A stretch of DNA of 64,000 nt from Candidatus Avelusimicrobium facis (GCA_934636855.1 CAKUBH010000005.1:46370-110369), one strand, 5' to 3'. Positions 39,265-53,056 are shown, counted from the first letter of the stretch. Notes: a model not told the origin generated them from the sequence alone. Program-made: numbers and translations.

Positions 39265-39423
39265 CTACTCGGCCGGTTTAAACTGATCCTTGCCTACCCC
39301 GCACACCGGGCAAACCCAATCAGCCGGCAAATCCTCAAACTTCGTTCCGGCGGCAATGCCGTGTTCGGTGTCGCCCACGGCCGGATCATATACATAGCCA
39401 CAAACTTCGCAAATATATTTCAT
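39265..39423 (-). CDS. rubredoxin
   Basis: 52-aa ORF missed by the >=60-aa track: [18 protein letters not shown]...[14 protein letters not shown] with two CxxCG knuckles. Confidence 0.8.
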   Translation of the reverse strand: MKYICEVCGYVYDPAVGDTEHGIAAGTKFEDLPADWVCPVCGVGKDQFKPAE

Positions 39424-39435
39424 GGTATTCTCTCC

Positions 39436-39963
39436 TTAATGTGCACTGTGTGTTGCGCCCAAAGGCGTTTTGCCTTTAATGACGCTGTGATAATACGCGT
39501 AAGTCATCGGGGTCGGGTCTTTTATTTGAAAAGAAGCCTCCGCCCGGACCGAACCCACAAACAAGGTGTGGGTGTCTACATCTAAAGTCTGCTCCACTTC
39601 CGCCTCTATAAAGCCCAAGGTATGCGCTTTGACCAGCGGACAGCCGGTTACCCCGCGGGTAAATTCCAGCCCGGCCAATTTGTCAAAGGTGCGCCCCGTG
39701 CGGAAACCAAACCGCCCGATGAAAGGCAAATCCGCACTTTGGGCTAAGGGCAGCACGGCAAAATGGCGGCTGTGGCGGACCAACTCATGCGTCAGGCTGG
39801 CTTTATTGATACAAACCGCCAGCCGGGGCGGTTGCGCCGTTACCTGAAAAGCCGCATTGGCAATCAGTCCGTTGTCTTTGCCTTGCCAGGACGTGGTTAC
39901 AATATAAATCCCGTAGGTAATTAAGTCCAGCCCGTGCTGCGTGGCTATGGGGAGCATAGGCAC
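39436..39963 (-). CDS. flavin reductase-like FMN-binding protein
   Basis: Flavin_Reduct domain (IVTTSWQGKDNGLIANAAFQVT); in an operon with rubredoxin and a flavodiiron protein. Confidence 0.65.
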   Translation of the reverse strand: MPMLPIATQHGLDLITYGIYIVTTSWQGKDNGLIANAAFQVTAQPPRLAVCINKASLTHELVRHSRHFAVLPLAQSADLPFIGRFGFRTGRTFDKLAGLEFTRGVTGCPLVKAHTLGFIEAEVEQTLDVDTHTLFVGSVRAEASFQIKDPTPMTYAYYHSVIKGKTPLGATHSAH

Positions 39964-39965
39964 CT

Positions 39966-41159
39966 CTATTTCAATTTTTCGGCAATTTTTTTACTAACCG
40001 CCAAGCCCAAGGCTTTGCACGCCTGTTCCACCGGGGCATCCGGCACAAATTTAGCGCTGACCACGGGAGCCACCGCCTCTATGCCCAGCTCCGTCAAGGT
40101 ATTGGCTAAGGCATTGACCGGGCCCGGGTTCCACCCGTAAGAGCCGAAGGCTCCGCCCACTAAATGTTTCTTTTTCAAGCCCTTTAAATAGCACAATACA
40201 TCGGCCATAGACGGAAAAATGCCCGAGTTCAACACCGGCGAGCCTATAATCAGCCCGCTGCTGTCTAACAGTTCGGTAGCCACATCGCTGCGGTGGCAGG
40301 AATGCATAGACAACAACTTCACTTCGGTACCGCCCAAGCGCAAGCCCTCGGCAATGTATTGGGCCATTTTTTGGGTGCTGCCCCACATGGTGTCGTACAC
40401 CACCAAGGCTTTATTTTTTGGCGCCTGCGCGGCCCACTTGGCGTATAAATTGACAATTTTGGACGGGTCCTTGCGCCAAATAAACCCATGGTCCGGGGCA
40501 ATCATCTTGGGCGAAAGACCCATTTTTTGCACGGTGTCTAAAAAGCGCAGGACAATGTCCGAATACGGCAAGACGATATTGGCATAATATTTTTCCGCCT
40601 CATACAGCCACAGGCGTTCCTCGTTTTCGTCGTCAAACAATCGGCTGGTGGCATAGTGCATACCGAATACGTCGTTGGTGAATAAAATGTTTTCCTTTTC
40701 CAAATAAGAAAACATACTGTCGGGCCAGTGCAACATGCGGGCTTCCACAAAAGAAATAGTGTCTCCGCCAATATCTATTTTATCGCCGGTTTTGACGACC
40801 TTCATCGGAAATTTCGGATGCAGCTGCGCGCTCAAATCCTTTAGCCCCATGTCCGAGCAATAAATTTCTTTGGGCTCTATGGCGGCTACCGCCTCGGGCA
40901 AAGCGCCGGAATGGTCCATCTCCGAGTGATTGGAAATAATAATTTCAATTTTCTTGGGATCTATGACGCTGGCGATGCGGGCCATCATTTCCGGGTAAAA
41001 CTCTTTTTTCACCGTGTCTATCAGGGTGGGTTTATCCGACAAAATCAAATAAGCATTGTATGTAGTACCGCGATTTGTGGAATAGCCGTGAAAATCGCGG
41101 ATGTTCCAATCAATGGCCCCTACCCAATATACTTTGTCCGTTACTTGAATTGCTTGCAT
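39966..41159 (-). CDS. flavodiiron protein (rubredoxin:oxygen/NO oxidoreductase, FprA/ROO)
   Basis: Metallo-beta-lactamase-like di-iron domain (HSEMDHSG, HWPDSM) plus C-terminal flavodoxin domain (VVYDTMWGST); 397 aa. Confidence 0.85.
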   Translation of the reverse strand: MQAIQVTDKVYWVGAIDWNIRDFHGYSTNRGTTYNAYLILSDKPTLIDTVKKEFYPEMMARIASVIDPKKIEIIISNHSEMDHSGALPEAVAAIEPKEIYCSDMGLKDLSAQLHPKFPMKVVKTGDKIDIGGDTISFVEARMLHWPDSMFSYLEKENILFTNDVFGMHYATSRLFDDENEERLWLYEAEKYYANIVLPYSDIVLRFLDTVQKMGLSPKMIAPDHGFIWRKDPSKIVNLYAKWAAQAPKNKALVVYDTMWGSTQKMAQYIAEGLRLGGTEVKLLSMHSCHRSDVATELLDSSGLIIGSPVLNSGIFPSMADVLCYLKGLKKKHLVGGAFGSYGWNPGPVNALANTLTELGIEAVAPVVSAKFVPDAPVEQACKALGLAVSKKIAEKLK

Positions 41160-41186
41160 AGGTTCTCCTTATCCGGTTGTCTGTAA

Positions 41187-41570
41187 TTAATTCGTCTTTT
41201 CCCATAAGCCGTGCAAATTGCAATACTCCCGGGCGGTTACTTTTTCGGCGTCGGATTTAAAAAATACTTCCGGCTGGTCCCCCGGTTTTAAATATTGCCG
41301 CTGCACCCGCCCGCAGGCGCAAACCAGCTCTATCCATTCTATAAAATGTACATCCAACATGGGGTGGGCAATTTCTCCTACTTTTACTTTGTATCCCCCG
41401 TCTACTTTTTCTATCACGGGAATGTGTTTTTCCGTAGCAGCTTCTACGCTGCCGGGAATTTGCTTTACCATGGGTTTGCCGCAGCAAACCAACTCCCCCG
41501 ATGAAGCATGCACTACTTCCACTATATTACCGCATACAGAACATTTATAAATCTCATGAAGCTGTGTCAT
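41187..41570 (-). CDS. dfx: desulfoferrodoxin (2Fe superoxide reductase)
   Basis: N-terminal desulforedoxin CxxC...CC ([10 protein letters not shown]...VCCGKPM) plus SOR centre II ([20 protein letters not shown]-x-C). Confidence 0.85.
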   Translation of the reverse strand: MTQLHEIYKCSVCGNIVEVVHASSGELVCCGKPMVKQIPGSVEAATEKHIPVIEKVDGGYKVKVGEIAHPMLDVHFIEWIELVCACGRVQRQYLKPGDQPEVFFKSDAEKVTAREYCNLHGLWEKTN

Positions 41571-41890
41571 TTTATGGCCTCCGCCTGTTTTATATTAATA
41601 AGAATATTTCTTGTTTAATTATAGCAAATTTTCATTTCTCTTTTATTATAAGTTTTGTTTTATACTTTCTCAAGCACTAAAAAAGGATTAGGAAAAACAA
41701 AAATCAAAAACTGTGGATAATTTTTGTTTTTGTGTTTTTTGGGGTAAATTTTAAAAAATAACCCCTTTTTTTATTTTTATAGGGTAGGGATATTTATCTA
41801 AACCTTAAAACGCCCAAATTAAGCTGTTTTTTGGCTTAAAAGCCAAAATGGCTTTTTTTAGTGTTGACGCTGCCCTGAATAATTGCTAAG
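41571..41890. other. AT-rich dnaA-upstream spacer with a DnaA box (candidate oriC part 1 / divergent promoter region)
   Basis: GC content far below the flanks. Perfect DnaA box TGTGGATAA at 41712-41720. TTGACG-17-TAAGAT promoter-like element abutting the dnaA ATG. Coding-strand bias switches here. Confidence 0.5.
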
Positions 41891-43306
41891 ATGAAAGATA
41901 TCTTATTTTATGGCGGCATAGCAGTGGATACTCTTTCATCTCATGAAGTTCTCACACCGGTATTTAAAGAAATAGAAACCATCTTAGGCAAAGACACCTA
42001 CGATATGTGGTTGCGTCCGGCGGCGTTTCAATTTACGGACAAAACCTTAAAAATAGAGCTGCCCAACCCTTTTTGGCAAAAAACCATTCAGAACCGCTAC
42101 GAACATATTATTAAGGATGCCTTTTTAAAACATACCGGGCTGGACATTGCCGTGGTGTATGAAATTAAAGAAGTTAAAGATCCCGTCCAATCTGTATTGG
42201 ACGAAGCCCAAGTGCCGCTGCCCCCGGTGGCTGCGCCGGTGCCCGTAATTAAGAAAAATCCTTTTCCGGCCTGTTTAAATTCGTCGTACCGTTTTGATAA
42301 TTTTATAGAATCACCGTCCAACCGCTTTGCCTACCGCATGGCGGAAGCTGTGGTCAATCAATTGGGCAACCGCCAAAATAACCCTTTGTTTATTTACAGC
42401 GCCCCCGGGCTGGGCAAGACCCATTTGTTGCATGCCATCGGCAACCAAATTTTACAAAATAATCCCGGCGCCCGCGTCTTATATAAATCCGGGGAAGAAT
42501 TTGTGAATGATTATATAGACGCGGCTTTGTCTAAAGACAAGGAAAGTTTCCGCCGCAAATACCATCATCTGGATTGCTTTTTGATGGATGATATCCAATT
42601 TGTGGTAGGGACCACACGCGTAGGCAGCGAGGCAGAATTTTTCTATACCTTTAATACCTTGTTTGACAATAAAAAACAAATTGTTTTAACCTCAGACAAA
42701 ACCCCGCAGGAGCTGCAGTTGGACCCCCGTTTGTCTTCCCGTTTATTATCGGGGATTGTAACGGAAATCAAGCTTCCGACGGTGGAAACGCGTATTGCCA
42801 TTTTGCGCCAAAAAAGAGACAGTATTAATTTTGACATCGGCGATGATGTACTTTCTTTTATTGCCGAGGGTATTCAAACCAATATCCGCGAGCTGGAAGG
42901 CTCTTTATTCAGGCTGGTGTCTTATTGCAGCACGCACGGCGTAACGCCCACCATTGCCATTGCCAAAGAATTATTGGCCGATATTTTAATTCAGCAAGAA
43001 CGCAAATTGGCCGTCCATGTAAATGCTATTAAAAAAGTGGTGGGAAAACATTTTAAAATTGAAATGGAAGATTTTAATTCCAAGCGCAAAACCCAATCTG
43101 TGGCGTGGCCGAGGCAAATAGCCATGTTTCTGACCACCGAACTGACGGACCTGTCCCTGCCGGAAATCGGCCGGGAATTTAACCGGGACCATAGCACGGT
43201 GGTGCACGCGCGGGATTTGGTAAAAGACAAAGTGAAAGCCGATCCCTTTTTTGCAGCCGAAATCAACCAAATTATTGCAGATATTAAAGCTGTGGATAAA
43301 AAGTAA
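41891..43306 (+). CDS. dnaA: chromosomal replication initiator protein DnaA
   Basis: AAA+ Walker A GLGKTHLL, sensor motifs, C-terminal DnaA-box-binding HTH; 471 aa. Confidence 0.95.
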   Translation: MKDILFYGGIAVDTLSSHEVLTPVFKEIETILGKDTYDMWLRPAAFQFTDKTLKIELPNPFWQKTIQNRYEHIIKDAFLKHTGLDIAVVYEIKEVKDPVQSVLDEAQVPLPPVAAPVPVIKKNPFPACLNSSYRFDNFIESPSNRFAYRMAEAVVNQLGNRQNNPLFIYSAPGLGKTHLLHAIGNQILQNNPGARVLYKSGEEFVNDYIDAALSKDKESFRRKYHHLDCFLMDDIQFVVGTTRVGSEAEFFYTFNTLFDNKKQIVLTSDKTPQELQLDPRLSSRLLSGIVTEIKLPTVETRIAILRQKRDSINFDIGDDVLSFIAEGIQTNIRELEGSLFRLVSYCSTHGVTPTIAIAKELLADILIQQERKLAVHVNAIKKVVGKHFKIEMEDFNSKRKTQSVAWPRQIAMFLTTELTDLSLPEIGREFNRDHSTVVHARDLVKDKVKADPFFAAEINQIIADIKAVDKK

Positions 43307-43472
43307 TTTCGGTGGATAAACAGGGGATAAATCCGTACCGGCAGAGGATAACTGAAATTTGTGTGCATAATGTATATAACCTTTTTTACTTGTACACAAG
43401 CAATGATAAATTTTGTATAGGGCAACAAACAAATCCACATCATCAACAGGACATATTAATAGGATTAATAAT
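43291..43472. other. dnaA-dnaN intergenic DnaA-box cluster plus AT-rich stretch (candidate oriC part 2)
   Basis: TGTGGATAA (43291-99, perfect), GGTGGATAA (43312-20), GGGGATAAA (43324-32) and GAGGATAAC (43344-52) in one orientation, followed by ~100 bp of AT-rich sequence. Confidence 0.55.
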
Positions 43473-44581
43473 ATGAAAATAAATATTACTAAAGAGACCC
43501 TTTTGGAAGGAATACAGGTGATTTCGGCCGGTGTTTCTTCCCGCACGACGCTGCCGATCTTGCACAACTTCTTAATGGAAACGCAAGGCGACAAAATCAA
43601 ATTGGTACGCACGGATATGGAAATGGCCACCGTGCACTATATTCAGGCTGAGGTGGAAGAAGAAGGCGCCTTGACGGTGCCGACCAAAGAATTTGCCGAC
43701 ATCATCAAAAACCTGCCCGACGGCAAAGAAATTAACCTGTTCACCGGGGAAAATAATAAATTTCATATTAAATCCGGCAAGAGTAAATTTTGGGTGATTG
43801 GCACGCCGAAAGCGGAGTATCCGGCTATTCCCGAAATTGAAAAAACGGGCAGCGTCAGCTTGAGCCCGCTGGAGCTGCAAACGATGATTGATAAAACGGC
43901 TTTCTCCGCCTCTACGCAGGAAACCCGTTATATTTTAAACGGCTTATTATGGAACAATACCGCCGAGAAATTTGAAGTGGTAGCCACAGACGGCGGCCGT
44001 TTGGCGGTGGCCACGCACCCGGCTTTGCCCGACTCCGGCGAATTTAAAATCATTGTTCCGACGAAGATTTTAAACGAAGTGGTGCGTTTTATTTCTTTGT
44101 CCAAGCCGGATAAAGAAACGCAAATTCACGTCAATGTGGCCTCCAACCAAGTCAGCTTTGAAATGAAGGAAACGACCTTTATTTCCCGCCTGATTGAAGG
44201 AAATTTCCCCAATTATAACCAAGTCATCCCGACGAAAAAGAATATGTCTTTTGATGTTTTTACCAAAGAACTCTTGGCGGCGTGCCGCCGGGCGGCTTTG
44301 TGCTCGGGCGAGTTTGGCAGCACGGTGAAGTTTCATATGGAAAATAATATCATGACGGTGTCTTCCACTTCGCAAAATATGGAATTTACCGACGAATTGC
44401 CCATTGAATATACCCAAGAGGCTTTTGACTGCGCCTTCAACCCGCAATACATCATTGATGTGCTTAAAAACGTCGGCAGTGAAAAAGTCGTCTTTTCTTT
44501 TGTAAATGCTTCTCAGCCGGTATTGATTGAGCCGGTCGGCAAAGAGGACTTGAAATACGTCATCATGCCGGTGAGAATTTA

Positions 44582-44582
<1 letters not shown>
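43473..44582 (+). CDS. dnaN: DNA polymerase III beta sliding clamp
   Basis: MKINITKETLLEGIQ... three-domain beta clamp; start at the internal Met of the listed ORF. Confidence 0.9.
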
Positions 44583-47363
<2,781 letters not shown>

Positions 47364-47429
47364 CCTGTTCCCCGCCGGGCAAATCCGGCGGGGCCTGATT
47401 TCAAAGTTTTAACGGGAGTTTAAAATATC

Positions 47430-49946
47430 ATGAGCGAAGAATTGACGGGGGCGGCCCAAGAGCCGCAGCAAAACAACGTAGATTTGTTCGGCAATATCCA
47501 ACAGCGTGACATCGCGGGCGAAATGCGTTCGTATTACATTGATTACGCCATGAGCGTGATCGTCGGCCGCGCCTTGCCGGACGTGCGCGACGGCTTAAAG
47601 CCGGTGCACCGCCGCGTGCTGTATTCCATGAACGAAATGGGCCTGAAATACAACAAGGCCTATAAGAAATCCGCCCGTGTGGTTGGCGACGTACTCGGTA
47701 AATACCACCCGCACGGCGACACCGCCGTATACGACACCTTGGTGCGTATGGTGCAGGATTTCTCCTTGCGCAAACCTTTAATTGACGGGCAGGGCAACTT
47801 CGGCTCTATTGACGGAGACTCCGCCGCCGCCATGCGTTACACCGAGTGCCGTTTGCAGAAAATCGCCGACGAGATGCTCAACGATTTGGACAAAGAAACC
47901 GTCAAAATGATCCCCAACTACGACGGCTCTTTAATGGAACCGTCCGTGTTGCCGGCCAAGGTGCCTGCCTTGCTGGTGAACGGTTCGGCCGGTATCGCCG
48001 TCGGTATGGCCACCAATATTCCCACCCACAACTTGGGCGAAGTGTGCGACGGGATTATCGCCTACATCAAAGATCCGTCCATTTCCACCAAAGAGATGAT
48101 GAAGATCATCAAAGGGCCGGATTTCCCCACCGGGGCCATTATTCGCGGTACCAAGGGCATTTATGAATATTTTGAAACGGGACGCGGCAGCGTCAAAGTG
48201 CAGGCCACCACGGAAATTGAAGAAAGAAAAGGCGGCCGCGAAGCCATTATCGTAACGGCTATTCCGTACCAGGTCAACAAAACGGCCTTGATTGAAAGCA
48301 TCGTGGCTTTGGTGCGCGATAAAAAAGTAACCGATATTGCCGACATCCGCGACGAGTCGGACCGCCGCGGGATGCGCCTGGTCATTGAAGTCAAACGTGA
48401 CGGCAATGCCCAAGTGGTGCTCAACCATTTGTACAAACACACCCAGCTGCAGACCTCCTTCCCGGTGAATATGCTGGCCATTGTGGACGGCCGCCCGCGC
48501 GTGTTGTCGCTCAAAGAAGTGATGAAAGCGTATGTCAAACACCGCCAGGAAGTGGTAACCAACCGCACCAAATTTGACTTGAACAAAGCCCAGCGCCGCG
48601 AACATGTGTTGGCGGGCTTGCTGATTGCCATTGCGCACATGGACGAAGTGGTGGCCATTATCCGGGGCAGCAAGGATGTCCCCAGTGCCAAGCTGGCCTT
48701 GATGAACACCTTTAAACTCTCCGAAGTGCAAGCCCAAGCCATTTTGGATATGCGCTTGCACCAGCTGACGCAGTTGTCTTCTGCGGCCATTGAGCAAGAG
48801 CAAAAAGACTTGTTAAAACTCATTGCCGAGCTGCAAGGCATTTTGGCCGACCCGCAAAAGATTTTGGACATTATTGTCAATGAGTTGACCGAGCTGAAGA
48901 AAAACTACGGCGATCCGCGCCGTACCGAAATCGGCCCGGACATGACGGACTTCTCTATGGAAGATTTTATTGAAAAAGAGGACGTCGTCATCACCATTTC
49001 CAACGACGGCTACGCCAAACGCATCCCGCTCTCTACCTACAAGAGCCAAAACCGCGGCGGCAAAGGCATTATCGGCGGCAAGACCAAAGAAGAAGATTTT
49101 ATGGAGCATTTGTTCATTACTTCTTCTCACGCCACGATTTTGATGTTTACCAACCGGGGCCGCGTGTTTGCGTTGCGCGCGTTTGAAATCCCCGAGGGCA
49201 ACCGTATGTCCAAAGGCAAGGCCCTTGTCAATCTGTTGCAGTTGACCGGGGAGGAAAAAGTAACCTCCGCCGTGGCCATTGAAGATTTCAACCCCAAGGA
49301 ACACGAGGGAGAAAAAGCCTATCTGTTTATGTGCACCCGCATGGGCAGCGTCAAACGCGTGGAATTGGACCAGTTTGCCAATATCCGCAAATCCGGCATC
49401 ATTGCCATCGGCCTGGACGAGGGGGATGTGCTAATCAGCGTGCAAATGACCTACGGCCAAAGCGATATCATCATTGCCACCAAGCACGGCAAGTCCATCC
49501 GCTTTGACGAGCAAGAAGCCCGGGCCATGGGTCGCCCGGCCAAAGGCGTGCGCGGCATTAACTTGAGCAAAGGCGACGAAGTGGTCGGCATGGAGCAAGC
49601 CCCCAGAGAGGGCGAGCAACCCGATGTGCTGTCCGTCTGTGAAAACGGCTTTGGTAAACGCACGGCCTTTAGCGAATACAAACGCCAGCGCCGCGGCGGG
49701 ATGGGCGTAATTACCATCAAGACCAGCGAACGCAACGGCTCCGTGGTGGGCATTAAGTTGGTAGACGAAAGCAAAGACTTAATGGTCGTTACGGAAAAGG
49801 GCATGACCATTCGCACCCGCTGCGAAGAGATCCGCTCCGTGGGCCGCAATGCCCAAGGGGTACGGTTGGTCAAGCTGGAAGAGGGAGACAAAATTGCCCG
49901 CATCGCTCCGGTAGTCAAGGACGAAGAAGACACCACCGAAGCGTAA
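47430..49946 (+). CDS. gyrA: DNA gyrase subunit A
   Basis: Active-site region AAMRYTE, QRDR-like context, C-terminal beta-pinwheel repeats; 838 aa. Confidence 0.95.
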   Translation: MSEELTGAAQEPQQNNVDLFGNIQQRDIAGEMRSYYIDYAMSVIVGRALPDVRDGLKPVHRRVLYSMNEMGLKYNKAYKKSARVVGDVLGKYHPHGDTAVYDTLVRMVQDFSLRKPLIDGQGNFGSIDGDSAAAMRYTECRLQKIADEMLNDLDKETVKMIPNYDGSLMEPSVLPAKVPALLVNGSAGIAVGMATNIPTHNLGEVCDGIIAYIKDPSISTKEMMKIIKGPDFPTGAIIRGTKGIYEYFETGRGSVKVQATTEIEERKGGREAIIVTAIPYQVNKTALIESIVALVRDKKVTDIADIRDESDRRGMRLVIEVKRDGNAQVVLNHLYKHTQLQTSFPVNMLAIVDGRPRVLSLKEVMKAYVKHRQEVVTNRTKFDLNKAQRREHVLAGLLIAIAHMDEVVAIIRGSKDVPSAKLALMNTFKLSEVQAQAILDMRLHQLTQLSSAAIEQEQKDLLKLIAELQGILADPQKILDIIVNELTELKKNYGDPRRTEIGPDMTDFSMEDFIEKEDVVITISNDGYAKRIPLSTYKSQNRGGKGIIGGKTKEEDFMEHLFITSSHATILMFTNRGRVFALRAFEIPEGNRMSKGKALVNLLQLTGEEKVTSAVAIEDFNPKEHEGEKAYLFMCTRMGSVKRVELDQFANIRKSGIIAIGLDEGDVLISVQMTYGQSDIIIATKHGKSIRFDEQEARAMGRPAKGVRGINLSKGDEVVGMEQAPREGEQPDVLSVCENGFGKRTAFSEYKRQRRGGMGVITIKTSERNGSVVGIKLVDESKDLMVVTEKGMTIRTRCEEIRSVGRNAQGVRLVKLEEGDKIARIAPVVKDEEDTTEA

Positions 49947-49975
49947 TCTGGGTTGCCCCAAAAGGCGCTTTCTTT

Positions 49976-50010
49976 ACACAGGCGGGGAGTTACCTCCCCG
50001 CCTGTTTTGT
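49976..50010 (+). terminator. rho-independent terminator
   Basis: ACAGGCGGGGAG-ttac-CTCCCCGCCTGT followed by TTTTGT. Confidence 0.65.
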
Positions 50011-50089
50011 CTCCTCCCCCGGAAAACAAAAGAGAAAAAGCCTTTTTCTCCGAGGGAAGAAGGCTTTGTCCGCCCGGGAATTAAAAAGC

Positions 50090-50118
50090 TTTACAAACCT
50101 GTTTTAAAGTGCTATAAA
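50090..50118 (+). promoter_or_regulatory. sigma70-like promoter TTTACA-17-TATAAA
   Basis: TTTACA (50090-95), 17-nt spacer, TATAAA (50113-18), only 5 nt before the annotated ATG. The transcript may be leaderless, or the start is the downstream Met at 50141. Confidence 0.4.
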
Positions 50119-50122
50119 GTAA

Positions 50123-51601
50123 ATGGGGGAGCACAGACTGATGAGGACCAATCCACACATTTTAGAAATCAATACCCGCGCGTGGTTAGACCGCTTGCAG
50201 ACCAAGCATGAGCGGCGCTTTTTATTGGACGAAATCCCGGACCAATATTGGCAAATGTTTAAAGAGCGCGGCTTTGATGCCGTGTGGCTGATGGGCGTGT
50301 GGACACCCAGCCCCAAGGCGGCCGAAATCGCCCGCACCAACCCGGAGGTCCAACAACAAATCCGCCAAGTGGTGCCGGATTTTGACCCCCAAGATATTAT
50401 CGCCTCTCCCTATGCTATTTATAAATACGAGCCTGCGGCGGACTTGGGCGGCGAAGAAAGCCTGAAAAAATTACGCGCCAAGTTAAACGCCATGGGCATT
50501 GCGCTTTTCTTAGATTTTGTGGCCAATCATACCGCCTTAGACTGCCCGGCGGTTACGTCCGACCCGGATTTGTATATCAACACCGGCAAAGAGGCTCCGC
50601 GCGTGCACAAAGATTGGTTCTTCCAAAACCCCAACGGGATTTGGATTGCCCACGGACGGGACCCGTATTTTGCTCCGTGGACGGACACGGCGCAGCTGAA
50701 CTATTTTAATCCCCGCACCAAAGAAGTCATGCTGGGGCATTTGCTTAAAGTGGCGGACTTGTGCGACGGCGTACGCTGCGATATGGCCATGCTGACCCTG
50801 AATAAAGTCCACCGGGATACCTGGTGGGAATTCATCGGCGGCAATTTGCCCAAAGAAGAGTTTTGGTCCGTTGCGCTGGAAAAGGTGCATGAAAAGCACC
50901 CGGAATTTACCTTTATTGCCGAAGTATATTGGGGTCTGGAGTGGGAAATCCAGGAAATGGGGTTTGACTACACCTATGATAAGGTCTTGTATGACCGCCT
51001 GCGCTTTTCCACGCCCGAGAACATCAAAGGGCATTTGGGGGCGGAGCATTTGTTCCAAATGCGCTCCATTCGCTTTACCGCCAACCACGATGAGGAAGAA
51101 AGCTTAAAAGCCTTCGGGCGGGAGAAATCCCTGGCCGCCACCACGCTGATTGCCACCTTGCCCGGCGCGCGGATGATACATCTTTTTCAAATGATGGGCC
51201 GCCCGGTGCGCTTGCCCATTCAATATGTCAAGGAGTCCTTTGCAGAGGATAAATGGGTGCGGGATTACTATGACAAACTGCTCAAAATTGCCTCCCAGCC
51301 GGCTTTTCACGGCGGGCAATGGTCTTTGACGGAAGTGTCCGCCTGCGGCGCAGACGGCTCCTGGCGCAATGTGCTGGCGTGGACGTGGAAGCAAATGAAT
51401 ACGGCCTCCACCGTGCTCATTAATTACAGCGACCGGCCCGCCACCTGCCATGTCAAACTGCGTATGGCCGGCGGCGAGGGAGAACAGATGAAAGAGGAAT
51501 TTTCCGAACAGCTCTTCCCCGTTACCGCAGAGGTAGCCCAAAAAGGGTTTGGCGTTTCGCTTAAGCCTTTTGAGAGTAAGATTTTCACGTATGCCATTTA
51601 G
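50123..51601 (+). CDS. glycoside hydrolase family 13 (alpha-amylase family) protein
   Basis: GH13 conserved regions I-IV: DFVANH, GVRCDMAM, FIAEVYW, FTANHDE. Confidence 0.75.
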   Translation: MGEHRLMRTNPHILEINTRAWLDRLQTKHERRFLLDEIPDQYWQMFKERGFDAVWLMGVWTPSPKAAEIARTNPEVQQQIRQVVPDFDPQDIIASPYAIYKYEPAADLGGEESLKKLRAKLNAMGIALFLDFVANHTALDCPAVTSDPDLYINTGKEAPRVHKDWFFQNPNGIWIAHGRDPYFAPWTDTAQLNYFNPRTKEVMLGHLLKVADLCDGVRCDMAMLTLNKVHRDTWWEFIGGNLPKEEFWSVALEKVHEKHPEFTFIAEVYWGLEWEIQEMGFDYTYDKVLYDRLRFSTPENIKGHLGAEHLFQMRSIRFTANHDEEESLKAFGREKSLAATTLIATLPGARMIHLFQMMGRPVRLPIQYVKESFAEDKWVRDYYDKLLKIASQPAFHGGQWSLTEVSACGADGSWRNVLAWTWKQMNTASTVLINYSDRPATCHVKLRMAGGEGEQMKEEFSEQLFPVTAEVAQKGFGVSLKPFESKIFTYAI

Positions 51602-51604
51602 TTT

Positions 51605-51633
51605 TAAAACCCCGCTGCGGCGGGGTTTTTTGT
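51605..51633 (+). terminator. rho-independent terminator
   Basis: AAAACCCCGC-tgcg-GCGGGGTTTTTTG. Confidence 0.65.
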
Positions 51634-51671
51634 GCTGTTTTTTTCTAATTTAAAATTAGCGTCCGCAACGC

Positions 51672-51753
51672 CGTGCGATTTACTACAATATAAGCAGGCA
51701 ATTTGGGCGGTGCGAAGCGCGCTTTTTTCGTGCGAAATTTATTATAATATAAG
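51672..51753 (+). promoter_or_regulatory. tandem 23-25-bp direct repeats CGTGCGA(T/AA)TTTA(C/T)TA(C/T)AATATAAG upstream of the atp operon (candidate duplicated promoter/operator)
   Basis: Copies at 51672-51694 and 51729-51753, ~21/23 identical, each carrying a TACAAT/TATAAT -10-like hexamer. Confidence 0.4.
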
Positions 51754-51789
51754 AAAGAACTTACCGCCCGGTAAATAAAACGGATTTGT

Positions 51790-52044
51790 ATGCGGATAGG
51801 ACCTTTTACCCCCAAAGACCATGTAGTTATCACCACCTTAGGGCTGGAATTTGCCCTGGCGGTAGCGGCGGGGACGGCGGGCGGCTATTGGGCGGACCGG
51901 CACTGGCATTGGGCCCCTTGGGGTACGGTGGCCGGCGTGGTGCTGGGGTTTGCTTTCGGGATGTATATTTTAATCCGCCAGGCGGGCGAGATGGCCCGCG
52001 CGGACCAAGCCAAGAAGGAAGAGAAAACCAATGGAAGTATCTGA
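51790..52044 (+). CDS. AtpZ/AtpI-like small membrane protein of the ATP synthase operon
   Basis: 84 aa with two predicted TM helices, immediately preceding and overlapping atpB. Confidence 0.5.
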   Translation: MRIGPFTPKDHVVITTLGLEFALAVAAGTAGGYWADRHWHWAPWGTVAGVVLGFAFGMYILIRQAGEMARADQAKKEEKTNGSI

Positions 52045-52792
52045 GACCATAGCGCATCACATTTTAGACCATGATTTTGGTGTCATGCTGGGCGGGTGGC
52101 ATGTGCCCGTGACGGCGCATACATTGACCATGTTTTGCATCAGTTTCGTGCTGCTGGCGGTGTGCTGGCTGATGACGCGCCAAGGCAGCAGCGTGTTTGC
52201 CCGCCTGATGCGCACGGTGGGGGAAGAATACGTCGCCTTTATGCGCGACGGCATTGTACTGCCGGGCATGGGGCCGGAAGGCCGCGCGTTTTTATCTTAT
52301 TTCTGCACCTTGTTTTTGTTTATTCTGTTTGCCAACTTGGCCGGGCTGATTCCGCAGGTCAAAACCATTACGTCCAATATTTCCGTAACCGGGGCCTTGG
52401 CCCTGTGCTCGGGCGGGCTGATTGTGTACTGCGGGCTGAAATTTCACGGCCTGTGGGGGTTTATTAAAAGCTTTGTGCCCGGCGGGACGCCGTGGTGGCT
52501 GGTGCCGCTGATTTTCCCGTTGGAAGTAGTCAGCCTGCTTATCCGCGTGTGCGTATTGGCTATTCGTTTGTTTGCCAATATGCTCTCGGGGCATATGGTG
52601 CTTTTGAGCTTGTTGCTGATAGTGTTTATCATCGGGCAGATGAGCAAAATCGCGGGGACCGGCTCGGCCGTGCCCGCCATGGGGTTAGAGATTTTTATGA
52701 CGATGCTGGAGCTGTTGGTGGCGTTTTTGCAGGCGTATGTGTTTACTTTGCTGACCTCCATTTACGCCGGGCTCGTCATCCATTCGCATTAA
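52031..52792 (+). CDS. atpB: F0F1 ATP synthase subunit a
   Basis: Conserved Arg helix LAIRLFANMLSGH. Confidence 0.9.
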   Translation: MEVSETIAHHILDHDFGVMLGGWHVPVTAHTLTMFCISFVLLAVCWLMTRQGSSVFARLMRTVGEEYVAFMRDGIVLPGMGPEGRAFLSYFCTLFLFILFANLAGLIPQVKTITSNISVTGALALCSGGLIVYCGLKFHGLWGFIKSFVPGGTPWWLVPLIFPLEVVSLLIRVCVLAIRLFANMLSGHMVLLSLLLIVFIIGQMSKIAGTGSAVPAMGLEIFMTMLELLVAFLQAYVFTLLTSIYAGLVIHSH

Positions 52793-52828
52793 TTTCACAG
52801 CGGGCTTGCCCGCAAAAGGAGAAAACAT

Positions 52829-53056
52829 ATGGAACTTGCTGCACTGAAATTCATCGCTGCCGGCATTGGCGCCGGTTTGACCGTGATCGGGGCCGCTTTG
52901 GGCTTGGGCAAAATCGGTAATGCCGCCCTGGAAGGCACCGCCCGCCAACCCGAAGCCGCCAACGCATTGCGCACGACCATGATCATCATCGCTGCCTTGT
53001 TGGAAGGGGCCGCCATGTTGGGCTTGGTCATCTGCTTGCTGACCATGGTGATGTAA
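52829..53056 (+). CDS. atpE: F0F1 ATP synthase subunit c
   Basis: 75-aa hairpin proteolipid with GxGxGxG N-helix and ion-binding E in ALLEGAAM. Confidence 0.9.
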   Translation: MELAALKFIAAGIGAGLTVIGAALGLGKIGNAALEGTARQPEAANALRTTMIIIAALLEGAAMLGLVICLLTMVM

